A DNA stretch of 63,755 nucleotides, counting the filler, from Squatina squatina (lineage: Eukaryota): assembly GCA_031763465.1 (NCBI GenBank). It is 4 parts of 4 records of this genome, joined end to end, with 100 filler letters (N's around TTAATTAATTAA, not from the genome) between each part and the next. Parts side by side here need not be neighbours in the genome. Positions count along the whole stretch, not along the records: positions 1 to 13,160 come from JARFOE010000115.1; positions 13,261 to 35,094 come from JARFOE010000189.1; 2 more parts are not named here. One strand, given 5' to 3'. A model generated the notes under the pieces. That model was not told the DNA's origin. It made no database searches and saw nothing but the letters and a program-made list of their open reading frames with translations. How positions within the stretch are numbered: position 1 is the stretch's first letter; each line of letters begins with the position of its first letter. This document shows, piece by piece, positions 11,735-23,748 of the stretch. Both the position numbers and the translations under genes were made by a program.

Positions 11735-12378
11735 CTGGAAACAAAGACACGAAGTGTAAATCATACCACAAATTATTATGACCTCCATATTAGACACAAT
11801 CATCTGTATTGAAGTGCTGCTACTACAAAGAAGAAGAAATAAGCTAGTGTGGCAACTTAAGCAATGTAGAGTTTGGTTTCAAAGCACAAAGGGAATAAAC
11901 AAAAGGAATATTTGGTTCAGGAATGATTAAGAGCAGGCTTTGTAGATTGAGATGTTTGACGGGGGAAGCACAAGATTAACAGATGTCCAGAAAGAGATAG
12001 AATTGATTGGAAGACAATACTNNNNNNNNNNNNNNNNNNNNNNNNNNNNNNNNNNNNNNNNNNNNNNNNNNNNNNNNNNNNNNNNNNNNNNNNNNNNNNN
12101 NNNNNNNNNNNNNNNNNNNNNCAGCACTCCCTTAGTAATGCACTGAAGAGTTGGGCTGGATTTTGTGCTCAAATCTGGATATTTTATAATCTGAAAATAT
12201 TAGAAAGGTTACAGCAGGTTTATGTCAAGCCTGCTTATACAATGCCAAGATCAAAGTAAGTTTTTATTTTAAAGAGTCCCTTGTACTACTAAGGATCAAT
12301 TCTAAGTCAATGGCAGGAATTGATCTTTCAGGAAACAAACTATTAACATTTAAAAAAAACAGAATATTAAGTATTTAC

Positions 12379-12563
12379 CTTCCAGGTAGTATTTTGCTTT
12401 AGAAGCCATGCCAATACGCCTGAAGTAAGGTTGGTTAGTTTTGACCTGACAGATGTTGGACTCTTGGCACTGAATATGTGCAGGATCAGTGATCCCAGAA
12501 AGCTGAATATCGTAGATATATGAGTCGCCATTTGATCTAATATCACCTGAAGCTTTGTACAAC
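12379..12563 (-). CDS. IGF2R: IGF2R exon, MRH domain 15
   Basis: 185-bp exon: LYKASGDIRSNGDSYIYDIQLSGIT...NICQVK...KAKYYLE, with AG/GTAAAT sites. Confidence 0.95.
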
Positions 12564-12956
12564 CTGCAACACAGAATGCAAGAATTTTCAGCAATATGTA
12601 GAATGAGTGCACTCTGTAGTCTGTAATCAGACGCTTGCAGATTATCACCAAAAAAAAGGAATCTATAAATGGAAAATAAAGTAGCATTAGAAATGGGTAA
12701 AATAAAATCATACAAAGATTAGTCATACTGTTGAAGGTTCAGTTTTGTTTCAACATTTCAATGCTTGCAAACAATTATTAAAACAAATCTCATTCTGTAG
12801 AGATTTATTTTAGTTTGAGGCTAGGCACTGACAAGACAGGACAAAAAAAGGTCTTCTCCACAACAGCTGACAAAAGTGACATTACCCACTGAACTTTATT
12901 CAGCTGCACAAAACATAAATGAAAGTATGAAACCAGTCACAATGTACAGTACTTAC

Positions 12957-13103
12957 TTGGAATAAATAGCTGACAAATTGACTTTCTGGCCAGTTGATGG
13001 GCTTTTAATGGTTCCACCCACCATGTAAACCTCTTGTGGTTTGACAGCACAGGCTGCACGAGTCTCCCACATGATTAAAAACTCACACTCCTTTTCATCA
13101 AAG
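12957..13103 (-). CDS. IGF2R: IGF2R exon, domain 14/15 junction
   Basis: 147-bp exon: FDEKECEFLIMWETRAACAVKPQEVYMVGGTIKSPSTGQKVNLSAIYSK, with AG/GTAAGT sites. Confidence 0.95.
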
Positions 13104-13204
13104 CTGGAAAGAAAAAGCATTCGAGAGTTATACTGGTCAGGGACACACAAGCACACCATTNNNNNNNNNNNNNNNNNNNNNNNNNNNNNNNNNNNNNNNN
13201 NNNN

Positions 13205-13216
13205 TTAATTAATTAA
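13205..13216. other. Artificial scaffold linker TTAATTAATTAA
   Basis: Centred in a 44N+12+44N spacer and gives stop codons in all six frames. Identical to the linkers at 35139 and 47741. Confidence 0.95.
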
Positions 13217-14414
13217 NNNNNNNNNNNNNNNNNNNNNNNNNNNNNNNNNNNNNNNNNNNNCTACTAGCGGGGCGTGGATCTACCATGTTAGCGCCTCCGA
13301 TAACTCCTGCTCAATTTCGCAGAAGCCGGTAGCGCCCCACCCCGTCCGGGCGAAAACAGGTTGGTGCTCTGTTAGCACCCCAGGGGGCACTAACGGGAGG
13401 CGCACAACATGGGAATTTTGCCCCAGAAGAGTCGTAGATATCTCGAACTAAAAAAAAGTAATTCATTTGCTGAGAAGTGCTTTGGAATGTCCTGAGGATG
13501 TGAAAGGCGCTTTATAAATCCAAGTTCTTTCTTTCTACAGTGTAACATGGGTGCACTCGGCGGACCAAAATTATCTTTCCATTCCTGTACGCTCATGTTT
13601 CGAACTGTAGGGCTTTCTCAGTTCTCATCACTGGTGGGTGGGCCAGAAATTGAAGGACATATTGCAGAAAGACAGGGAACCTTGATTTCATTTCTAAAGT
13701 AACTGTAATGAATTTCAGATTCAATGCTTTCCAGACCAATAGTGCGAGTGAAAGATGTTAACTGAGTGGGAATCCAATATTACAGTTAAACATAAGAGGC
13801 TTTTAAACCACTCAGTTCTGCGGCTTCCAGAGGACCAAGGTAATAATAAAAATATGTCTAATACATTACTTTTTGAAGACAGCCATAACTACCTTCAGGC
13901 AGAACTGTCTTATTTTAATTAAACTGCAGTATGTCCTTCAATTTTCTGTCCACCGACTTTAAATGACATCTGGAAAAGGCCCTTCAGTTAGGAACATATA
14001 AATGGACAGGGACTGCTGTCAATGCAACTCTCCTTTCAGAACTAAAGAATGCCACCACAAATTCAATTCTGTCTCCAGGACGATGGTTATTTTCCGATGC
14101 ACAAAGGTTGTTGTACAAAGTCCTTCAACGATTGATAGTCGGGTTTCATGGAACCGCAATGCTTTAAAAAAAAAACCCTTAAAGTGTATTGTCACCCAAT
14201 ACAGAAGCACTGAAAAAAAAAGTTAAATTTGTTCACAGGACAGATCGGTGATGTGATCGCAAAGATAAGTACAGGTGGGGGAGTCCACTCATCCTGTCGA
14301 GGTCACCTTCCGTAGAAACCAACTGCATCCCTAATCCCAACTTCTGACAGCCTCTTGAATGACGCCAGAGTTTCTGCCCGAGCTACCCCACCCGGAAACC
14401 GTTCCAGATATTAA

Positions 14415-14625
14415 AGAAAGAACATTTTTACAGCATCTTTTATGGCCTCAGGACGTCCCGAAGCACTTTGCAGCCAATTTAGTACCTTTTGAAGTGTTGT
14501 TGTTGTGATGTAGGAAAACATGGCAGCCAGATTGCGCACAGCAAGATCCCACAAACAGCAAGGTGTTAATGACCAGATAATCTGTTGTTAGTTTTGTCAG
14601 CTGGGGGGTAAATATTGGCCTGGAC
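14415..14625 (-). mobile_element. Deu-domain SINE (SacSINE1/AmnSINE1-like), 3' half
   Basis: Reverse complement contains GTGGGATCTTGCTGTGCGCAATCTGGCTGCC and an L2-like tail. The family is repeated many times in the window. Confidence 0.8.
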
Positions 14626-15334
14626 AATAGGTTGAACTCTAACCTCTGCACACAGCCAGCTTGACTCAGTGTACTGAATAGCCAGGACATTCACGGATTT
14701 GAAAATTATTTGTAAAAGATAATTTTTTGGAATTTGTACTGTGAAGTAGAATCAAATGGCTTGAGGTACAAGTATGTCTTAAAGGAGTTTTTGCGTGCCG
14801 TCTAAGATTATAAATGTAACTCTTCTGTGCAAATTAGGTTGTGCCTAATCCTGCTGTATAATTAGTTAAAGCCACTCATTGCCCCCCATCAAAACACCCC
14901 TGTGTTTTCTTCCCTATCAAAAAGAATACATGCAGTCAAGCATTGCCATTCTGTGGTGTGTTTTTCAGATCAACCCAGCAGGAGAGAAACATCTAAAATG
15001 TGTAATGACATTTATATGCCTTCCCAGTATCTAATCTTAATACTAATCTAATGAAAAACACTTTTATTTACTGTTCAAAGGGAAAGAGATTTAAGTTGAT
15101 GCAGATGTTTTAAGGTTTTTGGGATGTCTCCTCTCACCATGCTCCTCTTCCGACCAAACATGCTCCAGGTTTCATACCACGTTTTTCTTATGGAATAAGC
15201 CTGATTGGGGATAGTATTCGTCTGGCTTACGACTAGCTATGGACAGTAAACTGCCTTATTTTAATGGAACAGGCTTGTAGGAGACTCTATTTATCAATGC
15301 ACTGCACGCATGAGGTTAGAAAGGTAAGATGTCT

Positions 15335-15910
15335 ACATCAGCTGCCGTGTGAGCTGTATCTCTCTGTGCCAGCTCCTGGTCTGTTCTGCACTCTGATTAA
15401 ATACTTTGCTCTCCACCTCCACCAAGACTGACCTAAGCAGTGATTGTGTGTGGGAAAGGCCCCCCTTTAAGTAGTGAGGTGGCCTGAGAGCTGATTGGAA
15501 CCAGTTACTCTTTTGGGAGTAAAACAATTAATTAACAACATACAAATAACAAATTAAACTAAATACAACATGAATTTAAACAAAAACCCCGGTGCTCAAA
15601 TTAAAAGCCCATCGTCCCCAGTGAGGATGCACTCCAGTCCCCCTGGCGCCCACTGGTCGCGGAAGACCGCGAGCGTGATTGGAAGCAATTAGGCCAAATG
15701 AGGAATTCAGCAGCTGAAATAAACTAAGAAAATCAGTATTAAGCATGGGCCCTTTAGCACTGAAATTAGCACATTTTTTTAAAGTTGTCTGACCATTATT
15801 TTCAAAGTGCTGCATTGTAGGCCTTAACAAAAAATTTCAAAGACCTGAACTTTACGCTGCCCAATTCGGCCCTTAGTGCCAGAAACTCAGAAAACCCAAC
15901 TTGGTTGCCC
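15335..15910 (-). mobile_element. Harbinger-type DNA transposon left arm (truncated), interrupted by a Tx1 insertion
   Basis: GGG terminus at 15910 flanked by TAA. Collinear with 62598-62970 (CTTTGAAAA...TGCTA.TT..AG.GCTAA...ATTTCAGC...TAAAGG), including ACGGCAGCTGA at 15348, which matches the ATGGCAGCTGA start at 62959. Confidence 0.75.
15509..15676 (-). mobile_element. Tx1-clade non-LTR retrotransposon, 5'-truncated 3' end
   Basis: ORF2 end TLAVFRDQWAPGGLECILTGDDGLLI-stop, then a T-rich 3' UTR ending CCCAAAAGA. Flanked by an imperfect 16-17-bp direct repeat (15493-15508 and 15677-15692). The 3' UTR is homologous to 47197-47290. Confidence 0.8.
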
Positions 15911-16000
15911 TAACTGAGGTGTTATTTTTAAGGTAAAGAATAATGGATAACCCAGAGTGATTGAAAATCTAATAAATTGTTTCAGTTGATGGTTAAAACA

Positions 16001-16215
16001 TAGGTCCTGAAATTGCGATCGGAGGCTACCTGCGTGTGGATTCCTCCGATCGCAAAAATGTCTGCGAACTTACCTGACAGTCCGGGATCCATGTAAACTT
16101 CCTGTCTTCTGCCCCCACAGCTGGGCATGTGCAGCGGGGCTCTGCTCTATCATCTCTAAGATCTGTCAAAGCTTGAATGAAAGATACAAAACTACACTAG
16201 CTCATCAAAAAACAT
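16001..16215 (+). mobile_element. Non-autonomous DNA transposon fragment with a subterminal hairpin
   Basis: Start is homologous to the reverse complement of 45960-46056. Segment 16161-16215 is near-identical to 20891-20945. Confidence 0.7.
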
Positions 16216-17516
16216 AGGGGCAACTAGGGATGGGCATTATTTTGTCAGCGATGCCCACATCCCAGGAACGAATTTTAAAAAAATGTGCTCCAAATAAAGG
16301 TCAATTACATGCATTAACATTACAAAGAAAACTGACTTACAGGGGATGGTTTCAATATTTGAAGATAAAAATAAATATTTTTCCGAACAGTTCAAACCTA
16401 AAACATAATGCCACACAGCACAAGCGGAAGCTCTTAAAAGGAACACACCAAAGTGCTTCACATCAAAGCAAGAGGGTTCAGGAAAAAAATATAATTGATG
16501 CAGTGTATGCTTTTTCAAACTAATTTTCACCAAATAAACAATTACTCTCAAGAGATCAAATAAGTTGGATAGATTCAATGACAAGCCAACTTGTACATGG
16601 TTTGCAGAAGAAAAGGCTTTACGTCTTATTCCAATCTAATTAGACCCAGGAGTGAAAAGGCTGGATGGCCAGTGGTGTAAATGTTTTAGTTATAATGTGG
16701 TATATTTTACGAATATTTTTAAAATGATGATGAATTTTGGTGAATTGGCTTTCATCAGTACGCTTTTACATTGCAAGNNNNNNNNNNNNNNNNNNNNNNN
16801 NNNNNNNNNNNNNNNNNNNNNNNNNNNNNNNNNNNNNNNNNNNNNNNNNNNNNNNNNNNNNNNNNNNNNNNNNNNNNGTGACTCCTGGTTCTAGATTCCC
16901 CAGCCAGGGGAAACATTCTCCCTGCATCTACCCTGTCGAGCCCTGTAAGAATTTTGTATGATTAAAAGTGGTAATGGTAAATGCTTGGGAGCTGGCCACG
17001 AGCCAGGCTATAGAACACATCAAGTGACCTCAAGAGAAGGTGAGAATTTATGGAAACAAATAGTAAAATAATGCTAAAAGAACTATATATTTCTAAAATA
17101 TAGATTAAATACAGGTTGCATTACAGTACAACAAAATTAAACATTTTAACTCTGACCATAAGGCAGTGATACTTTTAACAGAAATGTTTGCAGCATTTAT
17201 CAGTTGTCAGCATTGCCACAATCTTTAACACATCATTTATCTTACGCATTGTGCAATAAGATCCTTAAGCTACAGAAATTAATTCCGAGTTTCTTGTTGG
17301 AACAGAGCGCTAATTGAAACAAGCCGACTGCAGCGACACTCACAGACCAGGGCCTCTTGACTGAGCAAAGTTCACTGTCTGCTGGAGGTCGCTTGTGTTG
17401 CCAGGGAATAGAGGTCATGTTGAAAAGTCTCACTGGGGTGGTTGTTTCCACTCAGAAGGGACCATTGAATAACAGCCTCCTGATAATTGAGTATTTCATA
17501 ATATCTACCTTGCAGG

Positions 17517-17659
17517 CGATGTTCCCTGTAAGCTGTGTGGCTGCACAGCGCTCCAGGAGTCCCGCACTGCCAGCTTGCCAGCATTCAAATAGAAAAACGA
17601 TGCATGCGTGGCATTTTGAATGGGCTGTGCAGCCCCCTCAAAAATTACAGGGAACACCA
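17517..17659. mobile_element. Small MITE (hAT-like termini)
   Basis: Perfect 12-bp inverted repeat TGTTCCCTGTAA (17520) / TTACAGGGAACA (17645), plus inner GCTGCACAGC / GCTGTGCAGC. No clear TSD. Confidence 0.55.
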
Positions 17660-17896
17660 AAATGGCTGAAACCGATGTCTGAGGATGCAGGAATTCTCTT
17701 GTGCTTTATTTCAGAAGGTTGCAATCATTTCAGACTTCCTTTGTTACTTTATATTGCCAGGAATGTACTTCAGGTTTGCCACACTTAATTTTAAAANNNN
17801 NNNNNNNNNNNNNNNNNNNNNNNNNNNNNNNNNNNNNNNNNNNNNNNNNNNNNNNNNNNNNNNNNNNNNNNNNNNNNNNNNNNNNNNNNNNNNNNN

Positions 17897-18600
17897 TGTG
17901 GGTGGAGAGCGATATGAGGAAGTGGTCAGAAATGGCCTTATCTGCGATTGGCGTAGCGAGATGGGAGATGTCAAGGTTGAGGAGATGGCCATGAATATGG
18001 GTTGGGGAGTTTACATAGATGGAGAGATTAAGGGGTAATAGGAGGCTGGAGATCTCCGAGGAGAGACCCGCATGACGAATTGAGATGGAGGTTGAAATAA
18101 ACAAGGATGAGAAGTCGTTCGGTGCAGAGGCTGTGGGAGGAATGCAGTGACGACATCTCAGTAATTAAAGTTTTATGGTACGTGGGTGGGCGGTAGAGAA
18201 TGAGAATTTTAAAATAGAGGTGAGAGTGGTGGAATAAAGTGAGATGCTCAAATGAGGAGAAAGTGCTGGAGGAGCAGGGGGACAGACCGAGGCATGATTT
18301 GGTGATGAGAGCCACACAGCCACCATGGTGGTCTGAACGGGGAAAGTGGTGGAAGGTATAGCCAGGCAGGGAGGCCTCATTTAAGGGTAAGGTGTCATCA
18401 CGCCTCAACCAAGTTTTCATCAGGGCCATGATGTCAATGCAATCATCCACGATAACGTCATGGATGGCAAGGGCCTTGTTCACAAATGAATGAACCTTCT
18501 GGAGGGAGATGCGGAGAGGGTTGGTGATGGCTGCCCTACTGCCAGCATCCACAGAATTAGCACTGAGGGGCATGAGTTGGATGGGGAGGAGATTGGCAAG
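17897..18600 (-). mobile_element. L2 LINE, APE endonuclease region (degenerate)
   Basis: LRISLQKVHSFVNKALAIHD...DIMALMKTWL...PRSDHHGGCVAL...FEHL...LYRPP...YFNLH...THIHGHLLNL...SDH motifs. Confidence 0.88.
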
Positions 18601-18697
18601 ATTAGTCCCTGAAGAAATTAGCCAGTTTGTTGATATTAGATTATCTCTGGTCTTTCAAATAAACAGGATTGACTGCAAACCAATGTGGTGGGTATGT

Positions 18698-18988
18698 TGG
18701 GGGTGAAATTCCCTGGCGCCTCCGCAGAGGCCTAACGCTTTTCTGGTGAGTAGCGGCTCCATTCAGAGGCGCAACAACGTTGGAAATTTCGGCATTTTTT
18801 TTTACTGGAGGCGAGATCGTCAGTAAGAAAGCGAAAACACATTGGGCGCAGGTAGGCTAGAGTACCCACGGGTCCCAGAGGCACAGCGCAAACCTATCTT
18901 TGCGGATGCTGCAGCTCAGGTAAGTCAGAGGTAAGTTGTCGGCCAGAATTTTTTTTCAGATTGAAACACCGCTGGCGAAGAGTTCGGG
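18698..18988 (+). mobile_element. CpG-rich MITE left arm, Harbinger-like
   Basis: GGGGGTGAAATT start, shared with 45705. Related right arms ending AATTT(N)3-4CCC lie at 13261-13424, 49240-49466 and 5231-5477. Confidence 0.5.
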
Positions 18989-19088
18989 NNNNNNNNNNNN
19001 NNNNNNNNNNNNNNNNNNNNNNNNNNNNNNNNNNNNNNNNNNNNNNNNNNNNNNNNNNNNNNNNNNNNNNNNNNNNNNNNNNNNNNNN

Positions 19089-19378
19089 CTGCAGGATATG
19101 TTTTACCCATCTTTCGGATGAGACGTTAAACCAAGTCTGCTCTCTCGGGGATGTAAAAAATCCCATGGCACTATTTTGAAGAAGAGCATTGGAGTTCTCC
19201 CTGGTGGCCTGGGCCAATATTTATCCCTTAATCAACATCACTAAAAACAGATTATCTAGTCAGAATCACATTGCTCTATATGCAATTGGCTGCTGTGTTT
19301 CCTAAATTACAACAGGGACTATATTTCAAAAGTACTTCATTGACTGCAAAGCACATTGTGACATCTGGTAGTCATGAA
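19089..19378 (+). mobile_element. Deu-domain SINE
   Basis: CCATCTTTCGGATGAGACGTTAAACC...GATGTAAAAAATCCCATGGCAC core. Confidence 0.8.
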
Positions 19379-19796
19379 ACTCTGGAGTCCTGATCTGGTT
19401 CTGGAATGCAGCACTCTGAGATCCCATTTGGGACGTCACGTCATACCATATGAATTTGATATCATGAAGTACAATGTTGATTCTCTGTAAAGTTGCGAAG
19501 AAAATGTGCTCAGGGGATCTACTGGATCTTCTGGTCAATTAATAAATTGAAACTATCTTTTTTAATGTTTTGAGAAAACTGATGCACTTTCCATTGCTCT
19601 CAACACTTAAATATTTACAAGCTGGGAGCACAGCTCTACACATGCAGAGAAGCACACTGGCCGTGAGAGTGCAAATATCAGTCAGTGAGGCAATGTAACA
19701 GAGGCTTGTTGACTGCAAACTGCACTTTCAGCTATCAGTCTGCCTGCAGGTGCTGGGTATTAATTAGGGACTCTCTGTGCACATTTATTTAGGGGA

Positions 19797-20557
19797 GTAC
19801 ATAAGAAAGAGAATCAGGAGCAGGAGTAGGCCTTATGGCCCTTCGAGCCTGCTCCGCCATTCAATATGATCATGGCTGACCTTCAACCTCAATTCCACTT
19901 TCCAAATGATCTCCATATCCCTTGATTCCCCAAGAGTCCAAAAATCTTTCTATCTCAGTCTTGAATGTACTCAACAATTCAGCATCCACAGCCCTTTAGG
20001 ATAGAGAAGTTCAAAGATTCACAACGTCCTCACTGACAGTCCTCCTCATCTCAGACTTAAATGGCCGACTATGACCTCTAGTTCTAGACTCTCCAGCCAG
20101 GGCAAATGACCTCTCAGCATCTACCCTGTCAATCCCCCTCAGAATCTTATATGTTTCAATGAGATCACCTCGCATACTTCTAAACTCTGGAGAATATCGT
20201 CCCAATCTACTCAATCTCTCCTCATAGGACAACCCTCATCCCAGGACAACCCACTCATCCTCGGAATCAATCGAGTGAACCTTCGTTGCACCGACTCGAA
20301 GACAAGTATATCCTTCCTCAGATAAGGAGACCAAAGCTGTGTACAGTACTCCAGGTGTGGTCTCATCAAATTGTAGTAAGACTTCCTTACTCTTATACTC
20401 CATCCCTCATGCAATAAAGGCCAACATGCCATTTGCCTTCCAAATTGCTTGCTGTACCTTCATGCCTCTGTGTTTCTTGTACAAGGACACCAACACCAAC
20501 ATTTAATAGTTTCCTACCGTTTAAAAAATATTCTGTTCCTCTATTCTTCCTACCAAA
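19797..20557 (-). mobile_element. CR1 LINE 3' portion
   Basis: [20 protein letters not shown]...[10 protein letters not shown]...RGDLIETYKIL...SRTRGH, followed by the 3' UTR. Confidence 0.92.
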
Positions 20558-20689
20558 ATCTGGCATGATTAAAATCAGCTTTCATAAAAGCAATACATTT
20601 GGCAAAGTAAAAAGACTTGGCTGATTTCAGGCAAAGGACTTGTTGGGATCTCATGGGCCTCCATGCCCCTCTCAGCTCGGCAGGGCAAA

Positions 20690-21420
20690 CATTAGAGAAT
20701 CTCCCAAATATGTACAATAGATTTTGCTCGTGTCAACTTTTTCTTACATTTTTCCCTCCCAAATGCAAGTAGTTGTAAAAATAAAAAAGGCACCGAAGGT
20801 CACACTGGATGTGATACTAGGGTTGATTTTAAGATTAAGAAGATTTGGCTCTCCTCGCTGCACATGCCCAACTGTGGGGGCACAAGGCAAATCTGTCAAA
20901 GCTTGAATGAGAGATACAAAACTGCACAAGCACATCAAAAAACATTTTTAAAATGATTGTAACATGGAACATTAAAATTTAATAAAAATGAGATAAATAA
21001 TACAAAAAAATGTATTTTTGAAATTTAAAAAAATCTTTGAAAATGTTTAAAAACATACTTAACTTAATGGGGATTTAATATGATTTTAAAGTAATGTACC
21101 ATTTATTTTTTTGATTTTTACATTTTTAAAAACTCTTACGCTGGTAAAACCAAGCCTGCACGCTTGGATTTACCATGCGTAAAAAATTGAAGAGATTTCC
21201 ATGGGCAAGAGTTGAAAAAATATCGCAACTCTCCACCCTGGAAACCTCTTTTCCAGCAGAAGCGGATGATGTGTCAAGAGAAATCTCGACAGGTCACAAG
21301 TTCTGGATCTGTGGGCATGCTCAGTGCAGCCCGAGATTCGGAACTTGCGAGATCCCCCCAGGTACATGGGAACATCGTAAACACCCGGGGGGACCCAGAG
21401 GGATCACAAATTCAGCTCCA
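20690..21420 (-). mobile_element. Non-autonomous DNA transposon with an AT-rich core
   Basis: Terminus GGAGCTGAATTTGTGATC resembles GGGCCTGAAATTGCGATC at 53842. Shares an internal segment with 16161-16215. Confidence 0.55.
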
Positions 21421-21524
21421 TAGATTAAGGTTCAGATGAGGTGTCTGAACCAGTGTGCTTCAGACAATGAAAACTAATTATGTACGTTTCAGTGATCAGA
21501 CCCAGTCCCTTTCATCCGTCAGTC

Positions 21525-21833
21525 AAGCCCTGGAATTCTAAAGTGACCGACCCGGGGGAGTGCGCTGGTTGATTCCAGCGGCAAAGAGGCCCCCCGCCCC
21601 CACAATATTGAGGCGTCAGCCTCATTTAAATTGGCGTCCCGGTACAGCTCACTAGATTGAGCCTCTAGATCGGCCCAGTGCGGGTAGAATGTTTCCGCTG
21701 AGTTCTCCCGATCACCCACCATAACTTTGGCAGAATCACCTGGGAAACTCTGTCAGCTGCCATTTGCACCTGTTTCTCCTGGGTTTACAGCAAAGTTACG
21801 GTGGAAGGAAGATCCCGGAGGAAATTTAGGCCG
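21525..21833. mobile_element. Probable MITE
   Basis: CpG-rich 300-bp segment bounded by weak inverted termini (AGCCCTGGAATT ... AATTTAGGCC). Confidence 0.4.
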
Positions 21834-23688
21834 ATGGTCTTGTCTTCAGTGTGATTGTTCCGTGTTGAGTAGACGTGCAGTGGAGTTGGGCGAGATCTGT
21901 TACCTGAACACACCTGGCCAATCCAGTAGCGCTAATCCCTTCCTGTACATTTATAACATTTGTTCTCCCTTCTTAATGACCAAATGCAGCAATTTAACAA
22001 GAATGCCGATTTTAATAATAGCGCTGTGATCCATCCAGTTTCAGTAAAGGGCGAACACTTGTCCTTCAGGTACTGTATCCACACATTCTAATATTAGCAG
22101 GATGAAAAAATAGTTTACATAGCACACTGCTCATTAATTATTTTGTATTCATTAGGGGGTTACCTTTATGGTAATTTATTGCTGTTGCCTTTTTAGCCCA
22201 CCAATTAGCGCAGAAATTAATGGAATTAATTCCAATTCTGGCACCACATAATGGCTTATATCCTTCTTCATTTTAGACACTTGATAAAGTCAGCATCTTT
22301 CCATCTGTATCTATATATATTATTCGGTTTTAGTAGATAGGGGAAAAACTGTTCATCTGGCAATTTAATTAGGGCTTTTATTACTTGCTATTTATAGGCA
22401 TATGCAGCTGTAGAGCACATGGAAATGAGTNNNNNNNNNNNNNNNNNNNNNNNNNNNNNNNNNNNNNNNNNNNNNNNNNNNNNNNNNNNNNNNNNNNNNN
22501 NNNNNNNNNNNNNNNNNNNNNNNNNNNNNNTCCACCATTTTGGGGGCCTTGCCGTTGGTTTAGCGCCCAATGGACGGCCGCTGTGTGGGCCGAGGCCCAG
22601 GCCCAGGCCCAGAGCAGTCAGTGAGTACAGGAGATGGACTGAGCTTGTGTTTTCCACTCTGCCTTAACTTCTCACACGGTAAGCGCTGCTGAACTGAACA
22701 TAATTGCAGTACTGAAGCCAGTCACTGCACGGAAACGAAACCCAATGAAATTCCAAGCAGCAGTTATTAAATCCGTGAGGTGCTGGGTAAGGTTATCAGC
22801 GCGACGTTCATTTAATTTAGCGGGCATTATAAATAAAGTGATCACAAGTGAAAATGGAGCTTTGTAGAACCTGACCACTTCGAATGGGTTTTTGCATTCA
22901 CTGCTGCCGACTGCATCAAATATTAATTACGCGTCGGGCGGGCCTTCCTTTTGGCTCTCCAGCGGGGGAAATTCAGATGGGATTGAAAAGGCGTGAGCGA
23001 GCTGCTCTGCTCTGTGGCTCCTGTTCCAAAAAAAAACAAAGGCCGTTTGAACTATAACTTTTAACTCGATCAAGCCCCGCAGAACAAAACATCCAGCAAA
23101 GATAATAGCTTTGGGAATGGTGCGAGTAGTTGTGAATTGAATGAAGAATTGGTTCATAAAAGCGAACAGAAAGTGATAGAAAAGGGCTCTTTTTTTATCG
23201 AGGCTGATAGCAATGGTTGTTGAGGTGCATTGTTGAGGTTCATTCTGGGACTTGCCTTTTCATTTATCTTGTAAATGGTGTTCATGGAGGAAGCAGCGAG
23301 CAAACTTCAATGTTCTGCTTGCATTTCCCTTGTCACAGTGATTTCAGAAGCTCGTGAAAAGCAATTCTCAAGGCTGATCCTTGTGGTATCCTGATGCTCA
23401 ACATTTAGATTATGGAGAAGTTACAGTGTTCTCCTATATCAGCCAGGGAGTGCCGGCTTGGAGCAAACTCGGATATATTTTCCAGTTTGTGCTAATTTTG
23501 TAAAGTCTCGGGTTGTTGGTACCACAAGCTAAATTACTAAATTCATTGCTTATTTATTCTACTTTCCTTTGGAGCCCTTACTGCAGTGTTAGGTTTTGTA
23601 TTTAGCTAAAAGCTTGACTTCCTGTGGTTGCAGTAACTAGTGCCATGGGACTTTTATTTTTCTGTCAGATAACTGTATGAACAGAATC

Positions 23689-23748
23689 AGTATTTTGTGA
23701 GGTTTTTACACCAGCTTAGTATTTTGTGAGGTTTTTACACCAGCTTAG
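23689..23748. repeat. Perfect 29-bp tandem duplication
   Basis: AGTATTTTGTGAGGTTTTTACACCAGCTT occurs twice in tandem. Confidence 0.95.

Noticed and set aside
13960-14170. Open frames of about 60 codons on both strands near a minus-strand acceptor-like site
   Set aside because: No recognisable protein motif and no convincing acceptor/donor pair.
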